From IMG/VR virus record IMGVR_UViG_3300031576_000021, positions 1 to 64,000 of that record: DNA of 64,000 nt; one strand, given 5' to 3'. How positions within the stretch are numbered: the first letter of the stretch is position 1; the number at the start of each line of letters is the position of its first letter. The notes under the pieces were generated by a model that worked only from the letters and a program-made list of their open reading frames with translations, had not been told where the DNA came from and searched no databases. This DNA comes from a virus. The translations under genes were made by a program, and so were the position numbers. Shown in pieces: positions 19,201 through 28,070 of this stretch.

Positions 19201-20301
19201 GGCACGGCCTGCACGGTCTGCACGGCGAATAGTCAATGCCTGCTCGGCGCGTGCGTGAACACGGCGACGCCCTGGCAGTGCTCCTGGTGCGACGCGACCT
19301 GGAATGCCCCGGCGGATACGTACTACTCGACGACGGGGATCGGCATGCAGATCAAGCAAACCGACACCTGGCTGTTCGAGGACAACGTCGTCAGCGACAT
19401 TCAAGGCGGTGCCTTTTCGATTGATACTTCCCGGCGCGTCATCGTGCAGGGGGCCACGGTCTCCCAGGTCGGCACCTGTATCGGGCAACGGAACTTTACG
19501 GCGGCTCCGCCCACGCTGTGCGACAACAGCAACGCGGCGCACTTCTGCGCAGCCGCCGGCAACATCTATCGGAACAACACCTGTATCGACGCAGGAGGAG
19601 ACGATCGCACGGGCTGCGCGATCGGCATCAACCAAGTCGATTCCTCGGTATGGCCGAGCGGGATCACCTTCGGGAACCAGACCTACAACAACACGCTGAT
19701 CCGCCCTGGCTTCTGCGGGGTCCTCCTCGCCTCCGATGCGGTCTGCCTGACGCCGACCTGTACGGCTACGTCAAGCGCCGTCACCGTCGAGCCGTCGGAT
19801 AGTTTGGTCGCGAACAATTCGCAAGACGGCGTGAAGATTAGCGCCGACGTGACGAACCTCACGCGCTGCCTGATCGCAGCCGATGCGTCGAGCACCGGAG
19901 GCGACAACCGATTCCGCAATAATATCTGCCGTGGCATGACTGACGAGGCACTTGTTGTCGGGAGTGGAGCCGTTGGCGATGTGACGTTTAACAACGATCT
20001 GATCGACGACCCTGGCGCCTCTCCACTGGTTCGGTGGAGTGCGACGCTGCCGACCAGCGGGCAGCCGACCGGGGGCACGCTCTACGATCTCCTCACGGGC
20101 ACGGGCAGTTTCTGCGAGGCGCAGGTGCAAGAGTGTCAGGGCGTGATGGGGTTGGCGAACTTCGTGTCGGCGACGGATCTCCATATTCAGGCGACGAGTG
20201 CCGCGCAAGGGATCGGGGCGACGCTGACCGAGTTCTCCGTCGATCGGGACGGGCAGACGCGCGTGCCGCCGTGGGACGCCGGAATGGATCAAGCGCCGTG
20301 A
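16243..20301 (+). CDS. Large Cys-rich putative secreted/receptor-binding protein: two LamG-like domains, T/S linker, parallel beta-helix
   Basis: MRHLRVVAFVLLLCVEALA signal; WHGIAL...FWYDG and HHVAIRYDG...LVVDG LamG motifs; TTTSTTS linker; YRNNT/YNNT/FRNNI beta-helix repeats; DLHIQATSAAQGIG...DRDGQTR...WDAG tail. Confidence 0.75.
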   Translation: MRHLRVVAFVLLLCVEALAHISARRGTGQLCADCAPNWSGYCESIHPFEPPDAIDTSGFRDRSGNSRTFSASTTCVNCLMDTTLFPHGLVSLSVPATGSRQATCAHPSCLPLRFGDALGDFTMFMWLRVPTLPSLAQTLWSNNPSATTTDGYELLLNPVATFTWRQNVGSNPSPQDLTLTTTQTFATGLWHGIALRANAETNLVNFWYDGVLDAGSVLASPPGWDGLTGTTGPILGDNTGTTVAYNVDEMAWCLDDWSDDSIRRALACGLDGGSCRCSGAAYLVAGQHANNGGPIVGTLPPCNQEAPLTLDGPPRYATDYTPHVTTAGGGGAWRFEHTVDTPTGIGIDGIVRDQTGRGNNLDCQECTLDRAAPRTQGVSFYRGNTLGSAAYCRNLSGNICTFQTDFRTAVQQYTAACRLRWGVDEANAHPLIWTNADVATTGGLRLLLQSTAGGGVYRVEHRTAAGVVGCNGTTNPGGTTEHHVAIRYDGINLGLVVDGVTECSVASGPMNDYTTGVLTFDDGSGAALSLDDCFFTRNQAWDNDTLRQVAICNSDGRWCACSASLPSSYLAAFRHSSQNGPITGTLRACNAAGPVLLTTTSTTSPTTSTTSTSSTTSTSTSTSSTTTTTLVTGLLWIDGGCPTSGTGASQSCGATGPFLTPGEAAAAGVAGNRAIQRGAHAAHGTCPGHNGIYEGEIYIAPARPAGIATGDVWACTLGAPCILEGCRAADCGANEVPVNRGMWRLTGWTDRTGGVWSRTDVGAVPHAVSDGNGRANDPGILVQNGLPLHYSGDNITTPMDGYWSFQSQTLEVYVNPVGTADPASAVYVPFVDFALYVRAPSAYLTVRHMLFEGARGNTVDVGAAGASVLGYQQTNTEIRLSRRNCFHAHSATALRFNDNVCEWIARGGSWYLNSGDGGFGFRAFILNGGEARRNTVRHIGTEGTVRLSSGNRCICRTAADCGLGDVCTSGSCVDQSTPDSVCPAGGGTACTVCTANSQCLLGACVNTATPWQCSWCDATWNAPADTYYSTTGIGMQIKQTDTWLFEDNVVSDIQGGAFSIDTSRRVIVQGATVSQVGTCIGQRNFTAAPPTLCDNSNAAHFCAAAGNIYRNNTCIDAGGDDRTGCAIGINQVDSSVWPSGITFGNQTYNNTLIRPGFCGVLLASDAVCLTPTCTATSSAVTVEPSDSLVANNSQDGVKISADVTNLTRCLIAADASSTGGDNRFRNNICRGMTDEALVVGSGAVGDVTFNNDLIDDPGASPLVRWSATLPTSGQPTGGTLYDLLTGTGSFCEAQVQECQGVMGLANFVSATDLHIQATSAAQGIGATLTEFSVDRDGQTRVPPWDAGMDQAP

Positions 20302-20310
20302 GGTGAGCCG

Positions 20311-21066
20311 ATGCCGAAATCCTACACGATAGCCACGAGTTTCCTGCCGTACACGCCAAGCGCACAGAGCGAGGCGAGTGCGGAGTACCCGGCCGCGAAC
20401 GTCGCGTTGGTCACGCGCCCGCGCATGCTTTGGCGGTCGACGGCCCCGCCGCACTACATCGAAGCCGATCTCGGGAGCGCGCAGTCCCCCACCGGGTTCT
20501 TCGTGCACAACACGAATGTATCGAGCTGGGTGGTGGCACTCTCGGATACGCCAGGGACGGGTGGGGATGTGCTCGGGGTGTTCATCACCGGCATGGACCC
20601 CCGGACGGGACGTGCCCGCGGCTGTTTCCGACTGACCCCGCCAACGCCGCGGCGGTACTTGCGGCTGACGCCATTCACGTTTTTCGCGGGAGCGTATGGC
20701 GAACTCGGCGCGTTGGCCGTGCCCGTGCTTGTCGATCTCGACGACTACGTCGGGGCGGAGCTTCAGTGGGAGCCGCGGCACGACATCCTCACGCATCGCT
20801 ACCCTGGGAGTGGGGTGCAACACGAGATCCGCGGGCCGCGCTATCTCGTGACGCGACTCGCGCACGACCAGGGGTGGGTGCAGGCGGGCTCGATCCAGTC
20901 GCAGTTGCTCACCGTCGTCGGCGCGAAACCGGGCCCTATTCTCGTGTGGGAGGCGTGGCGGAACACGGCGCTCCACGCCTATCTGTGCCATGCGAGCGAG
21001 CCGGTGGCGTTTCGGGAGGGGAATGCGCTGTTCAGCGCGGAGATTGCCCTTGAGGAGTACATCTGA
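20311..21066 (+). CDS. Tail protein (distal-tail/discoidin-like)
   Basis: SEASAEYPAANV...WRST...IEADLGSAQ...HN and RYLRL motifs; ends in LEEYI. Confidence 0.6.
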   Translation: MPKSYTIATSFLPYTPSAQSEASAEYPAANVALVTRPRMLWRSTAPPHYIEADLGSAQSPTGFFVHNTNVSSWVVALSDTPGTGGDVLGVFITGMDPRTGRARGCFRLTPPTPRRYLRLTPFTFFAGAYGELGALAVPVLVDLDDYVGAELQWEPRHDILTHRYPGSGVQHEIRGPRYLVTRLAHDQGWVQAGSIQSQLLTVVGAKPGPILVWEAWRNTALHAYLCHASEPVAFREGNALFSAEIALEEYI

Positions 21067-21122
21067 ATGTTGTACCTGGGCCGGGCATGCGCTAGGGGGA
21101 TTGTCAGGAAGGTGGGTGGGGG

Positions 21123-21338
21123 ATGAGGGCCATACGCATCGTGTCGTGTGTCTTGGTGGCGACTGGGATCGGCTGCGCCCGGCCGTTGCATCCCGACAGC
21201 GTGTCGCTGACCACGTTCCAGAGCGACGTCGCCTCGCAGAACGGCAAGACGAGCACGGGGGTGGGGGTCACGGCGACTTGGAATTTCTCGCCGGTGCCGG
21301 TGGTGATCGTCGCCCCGGTACCGAAAGCGGAGCCATGA
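21123..21338 (+). CDS. Small lipoprotein
   Basis: MRAIRIVSCVLVATGIG-C lipobox-like signal. Confidence 0.55.
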   Translation: MRAIRIVSCVLVATGIGCARPLHPDSVSLTTFQSDVASQNGKTSTGVGVTATWNFSPVPVVIVAPVPKAEP

Positions 21339-21739
21339 GACAGCGCTGGCGCGCGCTCCATCCCATCATCCGACTGACGGTGCTGACGCATCTCTGTTGG
21401 GCCATGCTCATTGTCGTGCAGGTGGGGCGCGGTGAGCCCATCAAGCTGATCACCGCGATGGCGTCATTCTCCGCTGCGCTCCCTAATCCCATGATGCAGG
21501 CGCTGGCGCTGAGCGGCATCGCCTTCATGGCACTCTGGGCGGGCGGCCCCGGGCGGCGGGCGTTCTGTTGGGCGCTGGGGCAGCAAGCCGTGATGACGCT
21601 CGGCTGCGTCGACATTCTCACGAGCGCGCTCACGGGGCGCTACCCCGATGGGTATGAAACGCACGGCCTCTTCATTCTCCGTGACCAGCTCCCGTGGGTG
21701 CTGCTTACGTACTACCACACCAAGGCGATGTTGCGATGA
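21335..21739 (+). CDS. Multi-pass membrane protein (holin candidate)
   Basis: About three hydrophobic segments; ATGA-coupled; in the lysis region. Confidence 0.5.
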   Translation: MRQRWRALHPIIRLTVLTHLCWAMLIVVQVGRGEPIKLITAMASFSAALPNPMMQALALSGIAFMALWAGGPGRRAFCWALGQQAVMTLGCVDILTSALTGRYPDGYETHGLFILRDQLPWVLLTYYHTKAMLR

Positions 21740-21778
21740 CGGACTACGCGATCTCGCGATGACGGACTACGCGATCTC
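21733..21778 (+). repeat. Perfect 23-bp tandem duplication spanning a stop/start junction
   Basis: gcgatgacggactacgcgatctc x2. Confidence 0.95.
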
Positions 21779-22058
21779 GCTCCCCGCGCTCTCGTTCCTC
21801 TTCACCGTCATCGTCTCCAGCCTGACCATCTATCTTGGCCAGCGAGCAACGCGCAGTGCCCAGCGCAGCCAAGAAGAGCTGCGGCTCGACACGGCCCGCC
21901 GTGGGCATGTGGATATGCTCGAAGGACGGGTGCAGCGGTTGGAGCGCGAGAACGAACGGTTGCAGGCAGGGCATGACGAGTGCCAACGCTCGCTGGCATT
22001 GGCCCACGAGCGCATCATCACGCTGCTCAGTACCCAAGCGACGAAAGGAACAACGTGA
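21759..22058 (+). CDS. N-terminal TM plus coiled-coil protein (holin/spanin-like)
   Basis: LSFLFTVIVSSLTIYLG TM followed by LEGRVQRLERENERL. Confidence 0.55.
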   Translation: MTDYAISLPALSFLFTVIVSSLTIYLGQRATRSAQRSQEELRLDTARRGHVDMLEGRVQRLERENERLQAGHDECQRSLALAHERIITLLSTQATKGTT

Positions 22059-22381
22059 TGGGCGCACACCTGTCCGCATGGACCGACACGCAGAAGGCGC
22101 TGGGCAAGGTCGGCGGGGCCAGCCTGGCAACGCTTGTGCTCGCCGGCGCGCTCCAGCAGAACACGTGGGCTGTGCAGTCGCTCGAAGCAACGATCGTGCG
22201 GCAGAACGAAACGCGCGTCGAGCAGCTTGAGGAACGGCAGAAGGCGCTTGATCGGGAACGCGAAGAACGTGAGAAGCGACAACGGGAGGAACTGGCCCTG
22301 GCGAAGGACTCGACCGACACGTTGCGGCGGCTGCTCGAATTGCGCGAGGCCGAGACCGCGCGGCTAGGGGGGAGCCGATGA
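22058..22381 (+). CDS. Hydrophobic N-terminus plus coiled-coil protein, lysis region
   Basis: TGATG coupling; hydrophobic stretch then E/R-rich coiled coil. Confidence 0.5.
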   Translation: MGAHLSAWTDTQKALGKVGGASLATLVLAGALQQNTWAVQSLEATIVRQNETRVEQLEERQKALDREREEREKRQREELALAKDSTDTLRRLLELREAETARLGGSR

Positions 22382-22538
22382 GCAAGAAGCAAACAGGTCG
22401 GATGGGATTGGCTCATGGTGATCGAAGCGCTGGTGGTCGCGGGCCTGCTATTCATGCTGATCGCGGTGTTGGTGGGGTGCACGTCGTGAGTAGCCCGATC
22501 ACTGGTCGACGCGCGCACCTGCGCCTGGAGCGTGGCAT

Positions 22539-22979
22539 ATGGAGGGCGGCATGATCGTCCCGCGGTTCGTCGGGCGAGTCGACACGCACCAGTGGCAGGA
22601 TTGGGACGTGTTCGACCAGGCGCTCGTGTACGAGGGGTCAGTTACGGTCGTGGTGCCCGCCGGATTTCTCACCGACTGGGCGAGCATTCCGCGAGTCTTG
22701 CGTACCATCTTCGAGCCGCGTGACCCGCGGTGGAGTGCCGCTGCGGCGGTGCACGACCGCTGTTACGAACAGGGCAAGGTGTCGCGCATGGTGGCTGATT
22801 GCCTGCTCTACGAAGCCATGAGTGCCGAACAGCCCACCGGCAAGCCCCCCGTGTGTGCGCCGATCCGGCGCGTGTTCTTCCACGGCGTGTGGCTTGCTGG
22901 CGCACGGTCGTATCGGACGGGAGCTGAGCGGCAGCGGGAACGCTTGCTGGCCTACGCGGCGTTTGAGCGGCGAGCTTAA
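22539..22979 (+). CDS. DUF1353-family protein
   Basis: VPAGFLTDWASIPR...AAAVHDRCY...SRMVADCLLYEAM; start could be 22551. Confidence 0.85.
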   Translation: MEGGMIVPRFVGRVDTHQWQDWDVFDQALVYEGSVTVVVPAGFLTDWASIPRVLRTIFEPRDPRWSAAAAVHDRCYEQGKVSRMVADCLLYEAMSAEQPTGKPPVCAPIRRVFFHGVWLAGARSYRTGAERQRERLLAYAAFERRA

Positions 22980-23021
22980 GCCGACGTGCTCCATGATCGA
23001 GCGGGATCGGCAGCTGCGACC

Positions 23022-24626
23022 ATGAGCGCTGCGCGGCTCATCACGATAGGAGAGCCACTCCCGCGTGGGCTTGCCGGGCTCGTCGAGCGCTTCGGCGATC
23101 CCCTGCCGTACGTCAATGACAAGCCCCGATGGGAGGCGCTGACGCTCGCGACGCGTCCATTACCAACGGCCCTCGTCTATGCGTACGGACCCCAGCGCAT
23201 CACGCGCGTGCGGGCGCATCGGCTGCTCGTCGATCATCTGGTGGAGACGCTCATGGCGTGCCTTGCCAGCGGCGTGTCGGCGGAACGGCTCGTCTACGGT
23301 GGCGCGTATTGCTGGCGAGCGAAACGTAGGGCGGAGATGCTCTCCACGCACTGCCTGGTTGGGGATTCCTTGGTCACGACGCCGGCCGGCCCGGTGCCAA
23401 TCGCCGAGCTACACGAGGGCGACTCGCTCTTTACATATCCAGCGGTCGAGACGCGCAGCGTGTCGCGCGTGTTCGCTCCGCGGCATGAGCCGACGCGCAC
23501 CATTCGCACTCGAACGCGGGCACTGACAGCCTCAGACGAGCACCCGTTCTTGGTACTCCGTGGCAATACGGTCGGAAGGGGCAAGAAGCATGATAAGCGA
23601 TACTGGACCGAGTGGGTAACGGCACAGAAGCTGCGGCTCGGTGATTGGTTGATTCTGGCGCAGCGGCTACCGACGCCATCGGCTACCGGGGAACTTGGTC
23701 CACTCGAAGCGGAGGTGATCGGCGCGTTCCTTGGTGATGGGAATGTAGTGCATCGCCGCACTGGCGTCTTGGCCGGAGTGGCCTTCTCAATTCCGGCGTC
23801 CGACGGCTATCGTGAGCGCGCCGCGGTCCTTTTGGAAGAATGCTTCAGGCTGCCGCCCCGAGTGAATGCCTACGGATTGTATTACGACCGTGCTGCGATT
23901 GCTCAATGGTTCGTAGACCGGGGCGTCGATCATCCGGCACGCGACAAATTCGTCCCCCCGGCGGTGTGGCGCGCATCGGAAGTGGCACAGTTAGCGTTCT
24001 TGCGCGGCTATATATGCACGGACGGCTGCGTGACCTCATCGGGAGGTCTGGCATTCAAGGCAGGTAGCGAACGATTGATCTGCGAAGTGCGCGCGCTGTG
24101 CCTGAGCCTCGGTTTTGGAGTCAGCAATGTGCAGGCCGAAGAGGGTGGACCACGCCTCATCAAGGGGGTCGCAACGGTATCGCGACGCCAGTGGCGTTTC
24201 TCTGCCCGCGATCGCCGCGGGGTGCTGACGCCCCTTCATCATGGTCGACATGACGCGAGACTTCTGGAGCGCCGCAGCCATCTACGGAGACATCGCCACG
24301 GCCGATCGCGTGGGCGCGGTAGCGCGTGGTTGCCGCAAGGGTTTGGCGTCGAGTCGGTTGCCGCGATTGCGGACGCAGGCCGTCGGGAGGTTTACGACCT
24401 GACAGTAGACGCAGACCACAACTTCATTGCCGAAGGGCTAGTAGTCTCGAATTGTTGGGGCATCGCAATCGATCTCGACCCGGCGAACAATCCGATGGGC
24501 ACACGTTGGCGCAACGATGGTAGCATGCTCGATGAGCGAATCATCTCGACGTTCCTGGCGCACGGCTGGTACTGGGGCGACACGTTTCGCGATCCCCAGC
24601 ACTGGCAGTTCTGTGTCGACTATTAG
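23022..24626 (+). CDS. Endolysin, M15-family Zn peptidase, intein-containing
   Basis: Spliced product reads R...LSTHCWGIAIDLD...GWYWG...DPQHWQ (SxHxxGxAxD plus downstream His). Confidence 0.85.
   Translation: MSAARLITIGEPLPRGLAGLVERFGDPLPYVNDKPRWEALTLATRPLPTALVYAYGPQRITRVRAHRLLVDHLVETLMACLASGVSAERLVYGGAYCWRAKRRAEMLSTHCLVGDSLVTTPAGPVPIAELHEGDSLFTYPAVETRSVSRVFAPRHEPTRTIRTRTRALTASDEHPFLVLRGNTVGRGKKHDKRYWTEWVTAQKLRLGDWLILAQRLPTPSATGELGPLEAEVIGAFLGDGNVVHRRTGVLAGVAFSIPASDGYRERAAVLLEECFRLPPRVNAYGLYYDRAAIAQWFVDRGVDHPARDKFVPPAVWRASEVAQLAFLRGYICTDGCVTSSGGLAFKAGSERLICEVRALCLSLGFGVSNVQAEEGGPRLIKGVATVSRRQWRFSARDRRGVLTPLHHGRHDARLLERRSHLRRHRHGRSRGRGSAWLPQGFGVESVAAIADAGRREVYDLTVDADHNFIAEGLVVSNCWGIAIDLDPANNPMGTRWRNDGSMLDERIISTFLAHGWYWGDTFRDPQHWQFCVDY
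23352..24452 (+). mobile_element. Intein (367 aa) with LAGLIDADG endonuclease, in the endolysin
   Basis: Starts CLVGDSLV; block B ASDEHPF; IGAFLGDG and FLRGYICTDG; VYDLTVDADHNFIAEGLVVSN/C end. Confidence 0.92.
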
Positions 24627-24632
24627 GTCGGG

Positions 24633-24663
24633 TTGACAGCCCCACGTTGCGGTCTGCTATAGG
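24633..24663 (+). promoter_or_regulatory. Sigma70-like promoter
   Basis: TTGACA...TGCTATAGG directly upstream of the AGGAGG RBS of 24675. Confidence 0.45.
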
Positions 24664-24674
24664 AGGGTTCCGTC

Positions 24675-25040
24675 ATGACGAAGGTCGAGGAAGCGTTGGC
24701 CGAGGTGAGGAATGCGCTGGCCGAGTTCGAGCCGCGTCTCGCCGGGCTGCGGGATTTCGAGCGATTGCTCACCGTGGCCGACGATGGGCAGGAAGCAAAG
24801 ACAGTCATCGGAAGCGCGATCGAGACGTACACCATTCGGATCGCGCGGTTGGCCGATGCCCGGAACACGCTCCAAGCGCTCCTCGCTGACGCGCATCCCA
24901 ACCCGATTGTCGTGCTGGTCCCCCCGACCGTCCATGCTGTCCTCGCGGGCAACGTGGGGACCGTCGAGGCGGCCTTCAGTCAGTTCCGTCCGCAGACCGA
25001 GGCCACCGCCGGATCGGTCGAGTTCGTAGAGCCCGCGTAA
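24675..25040 (+). CDS. Hypothetical helical protein
   Basis: Strong RBS and GC3-rich codon use. Confidence 0.65.
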   Translation: MTKVEEALAEVRNALAEFEPRLAGLRDFERLLTVADDGQEAKTVIGSAIETYTIRIARLADARNTLQALLADAHPNPIVVLVPPTVHAVLAGNVGTVEAAFSQFRPQTEATAGSVEFVEPA

Positions 25041-25059
25041 GGGCAAGAAGGAGTAGCGT

Positions 25060-25377
25060 ATGGCGACACAGATCCCGGTTGGTGGAGTCAAACATTTCCG
25101 GTCGGTGTGGCGGGACGCCGCCGGCAACGTGGCCACCGTCGACACCCGGACGAGTCCCGGGCTCGTGACGGTCAGCGACCCCGCGTTGGGGGCGATCGAG
25201 AACCTGTCGGCCGATGGGCTGGAAGGCGACCTGCGTGTGCTCGCGCTGGGGACCGGCCAAGTCTCGATCACGGTCGACGCCGATCTCGGCGATGGTGTCC
25301 GCGCGTTGATCGCGCTCGGCGACTTCGAGGGCGTTCCCGGCGAGGCCGTAGTCGGTACCGTCGAGTTCAGCGGCTAG
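25060..25377 (+). CDS. Small Ig-like beta protein
   Basis: AAGGAG RBS; WRDAAGN...GTGQVSITVDADLGDG. Confidence 0.6.
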   Translation: MATQIPVGGVKHFRSVWRDAAGNVATVDTRTSPGLVTVSDPALGAIENLSADGLEGDLRVLALGTGQVSITVDADLGDGVRALIALGDFEGVPGEAVVGTVEFSG

Positions 25378-25400
25378 GTCTGCTCCTTCCCCAGCCACGG

Positions 25401-25433
25401 GGCCCCGGATGGACTGAGCCACCATCCGGGGCC
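25401..25433 (+). terminator. Hairpin, likely end of the late operon
   Basis: ggccccggatgg / ccatccggggcc 12-bp stem; weak T tail; a promoter follows. Confidence 0.6.
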
Positions 25434-25447
25434 TTCCCATCCGCCAC

Positions 25448-25477
25448 TTGACACAAGCCCGAGCATGGGGCTATACG
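25448..25477 (+). promoter_or_regulatory. TTGACACAA-class promoter
   Basis: TTGACA-18-TATACG. Confidence 0.6.
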
Positions 25478-25484
25478 GCGCGAC

Positions 25485-25934
25485 ATGCTGACTCCCGAGG
25501 GGCTGACCGAGGACATGCAGGCCGCCATCGAGCGCCCCGGAGCGCCCTGCGTCGTCTGCAAAGCGCCGAACGACGAGGTGGGGCTGTGTCGCGACCCCTA
25601 CTGCCTGGCGTACGTGCCGGCCCCATGGCCGGTTGCGCCGCGCGGCTCTCTTTTCCAGCGGTGGCGGATGCGACGACGGGCGCGTCGGGTGGTAGCCGAC
25701 CTCACGAGCCGCGAAGGGACCGCCCGGCGGCTGCTCGCAAACACGCTGTCGCGGGTGGCGCTGCTCGTCCTGCTCGGTACGGGAGCATGCAGCACCGACC
25801 CATGCGCCGGCAGGTCGACGACGCCTGAACGACTCGCCGATGGAAGCTGGAGCATCGAGTGTATCCCGCCCGTCCTTTCTGTGGCATGTGCGATCATCTG
25901 GCTCGGCGCTGCTGCTGGGCTGTGGAAACCATGA
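25485..25934 (+). CDS. Hypothetical membrane protein
   Basis: CxxC motif and hydrophobic segments; ATGA-coupled to the next gene. Confidence 0.4.
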   Translation: MLTPEGLTEDMQAAIERPGAPCVVCKAPNDEVGLCRDPYCLAYVPAPWPVAPRGSLFQRWRMRRRARRVVADLTSREGTARRLLANTLSRVALLVLLGTGACSTDPCAGRSTTPERLADGSWSIECIPPVLSVACAIIWLGAAAGLWKP

Positions 25935-26791
25935 CCGACCTAAAGCAAGACGTGCGTGCCCTAGCCGATGCGTTGGCGATCGCGCGGCCGTTCGCGCTCC
26001 TCGATCTCGAAACGACTGGCACCGATCCGAAAGAGGATCGTATCGTCGAGGTGGCCGTCATCCGGTGCGTCCCCGTCGAGGCCGATGTGCCGGCCGTCGA
26101 AACCTACGTGCGGCGCGTGAACCCCGGTGTGCCGATCCCGGCCGAGGCGAGCGCCATCCACGGCATCACCGATGCCGACGTACGCGACGCGCCGACGTTC
26201 GTACAGATCGCGCCGGCTGTCCGCGGCATGCTCACCGGAGCCGATTTCGCGGGGTTCAATCTACTCAGATTCGACCTGCCACTCCTCGCGGCCGAGTTCG
26301 AGCGGGTCGGTATGCAGTTCGACCCACACCTCTCCGGCCGGCGCGTGATCGATGTGCAGCGGCTCTACCACCTAATGCATCCTCGCGATTTGTGCGCCGC
26401 GCGGCGCACCTATCTCGACGAAGATGCGGCCGACGCGCATGGCGCGCTCGCCGATGCGTCGGCGACGGGCCGGGTGCTCCTCGCCCAGCTGATCTATCAT
26501 CGCGAGGAATTCGCCGAGGGGGGTGCTTTCCTGCCGCGCGATCTCGATGCGCTCAATACGCTCAGCCGTGGCGCGCAGGCGAATTGGCTGGACCCCGAGG
26601 GCGCGCTCGTTTGGAGCACGGCCGGCGAGGTGGTGTTCACGTTCGGCAAGCACAAGGGGAAGACGCTGCGCGAGGTGGCGCAGACGACGGACTATCTGTC
26701 GTGGATCGTGCGGGAGCGGGTGAAGAACCGCGTGGTGCAGCAGGTCGCGAGTTCGGCGCTCGGTGGGGTGTTCCCCTGTCGGCCGACGTAG
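25931..26791 (+). CDS. DEDDh 3'-5' exonuclease (DNA Pol III epsilon-like)
   Basis: DLETTG, IHGIT, GFNLLRFDL, AHGALADA; C-terminal FGKHKG...YLSWI. Confidence 0.92.
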   Translation: MTDLKQDVRALADALAIARPFALLDLETTGTDPKEDRIVEVAVIRCVPVEADVPAVETYVRRVNPGVPIPAEASAIHGITDADVRDAPTFVQIAPAVRGMLTGADFAGFNLLRFDLPLLAAEFERVGMQFDPHLSGRRVIDVQRLYHLMHPRDLCAARRTYLDEDAADAHGALADASATGRVLLAQLIYHREEFAEGGAFLPRDLDALNTLSRGAQANWLDPEGALVWSTAGEVVFTFGKHKGKTLREVAQTTDYLSWIVRERVKNRVVQQVASSALGGVFPCRPT

Positions 26792-26793
26792 CC

Positions 26794-27513
26794 ATGCGCC
26801 TGTGCATCATCACCTGCATGCGGGACGCGCTGCCGTTCCTGCCGCTCTACCGGGAGCAGCTACGGCGGTGGACGCTCCAGCCGGCGGTGATCGTGGTCGG
26901 AGAGAACGGCTCGGACGATGGGACGCGCGCCTGGCTCGACCGCTGGGCGATCGACGACGACGCCCGCGTGGATGCGTTCTCGTTTGACCCGCCACCTGGA
27001 CCGAAGCTGGAGCGCGTGGCCACGGCCGAGCGCGCGGCGCACATGGCGCGCGTCTGGAACACCTGCCTGGAACGCGCCCTGGAGCACGACTGGACGCATG
27101 CCGTCGTGATGTCCATCCAGAAGTATGCCCCGGCGTCGGTGATTGCGCGGCTGGCGGCCCTAGATCGAGACATCGTAGCGCCCCTGATCATGTTCCCCAT
27201 GGGCGCGACGCGGATCTTCTACGATACGTGGTGCTTCCAGGCGCTCGACGGCACGCGTTTCTCCGCGCATGAACCGAGCGGCGATTCCGTGGAGGAAGTC
27301 GCGGGCGTCGGTGGCTGCTATCTGGTGCGCCGCGCCGTCTATGAAGCGGGCTGTCGGTTGGCGCCGACCGATGGCACGTTCTGCGAGTCGGTGGCGTTCT
27401 GCGAGCAGGCACGGGCGCGAGGATTCCAGGTCTGGGTGGATCGGCGGGAGCCGACCGCCTGGGCGTACTGGACGCCGGGGCCCTATCGCGCCAGGCTGGC
27501 TACGGATGGATGA
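26794..27513 (+). CDS. Glycosyltransferase, GT-A/GT2-like
   Basis: VVGENGSDDGTR, MARVWN, DIVAP, FYDTW, VGGCYLVRRAVY, FCEQARARGFQVWVD. Confidence 0.8.
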   Translation: MRLCIITCMRDALPFLPLYREQLRRWTLQPAVIVVGENGSDDGTRAWLDRWAIDDDARVDAFSFDPPPGPKLERVATAERAAHMARVWNTCLERALEHDWTHAVVMSIQKYAPASVIARLAALDRDIVAPLIMFPMGATRIFYDTWCFQALDGTRFSAHEPSGDSVEEVAGVGGCYLVRRAVYEAGCRLAPTDGTFCESVAFCEQARARGFQVWVDRREPTAWAYWTPGPYRARLATDG

Positions 27514-27724
27514 CAAGTACGAAGTCCCTGGCCTGGCCCGTGCGCTCCGCGAGACAAAAGGCGGCGCGCTGATCGTCGAAGTCACGGCCGACGACGGCGG
27601 CACCGAGGAGCTGTGCATCCCGCAGAGCCAGGTCCACGAAAACTCCGAAGTCTGGAAGCCCGGCGACGAGGGCACGCTCGTCGTGACGGGGTGGCTAGCG
27701 AGGCAACGCGAATGGATGGAATGA
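27506..27724 (+). CDS. Small phage protein
   Basis: ET..AL.V...IPQSQV...GTLVVTGWLA pattern. Confidence 0.6.
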   Translation: MDDKYEVPGLARALRETKGGALIVEVTADDGGTEELCIPQSQVHENSEVWKPGDEGTLVVTGWLARQREWME

Positions 27725-28041
27725 GGGGCTAAGATACGGCAAGAACGGGTCGAAGCGATCATTGAGGCCGAGACCGTCGGATTGCGCGACCGCGTGATCG
27801 TCCGACTCGCCGAGGAGTTTCCGGACGTACGGTGGAGCTCGGCGGTTGGGCATCCGCCGATGGTGCGGGTCCAGCACAGCGGGCCGCCATTGCTCATGCC
27901 GGAGCGTGGCGACGAGCACCCGCGGGTGGACAGATCAAAGCTGTCGATCACGTGGTCGTTGGAGCAGGTGACGGGCACGTGGAACGAAGACGATACATGA
28001 GACGTCGTGCCCGACCTGCCCGCCCCCTCAAAAGGCATCAC

Positions 28042-28070
28042 TTGACACAATCTCGCTAACAGGCTAAAAG
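28042..28070 (+). promoter_or_regulatory. TTGACACAA-class promoter
   Basis: TTGACA-17-TAAAAG. Confidence 0.6.
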
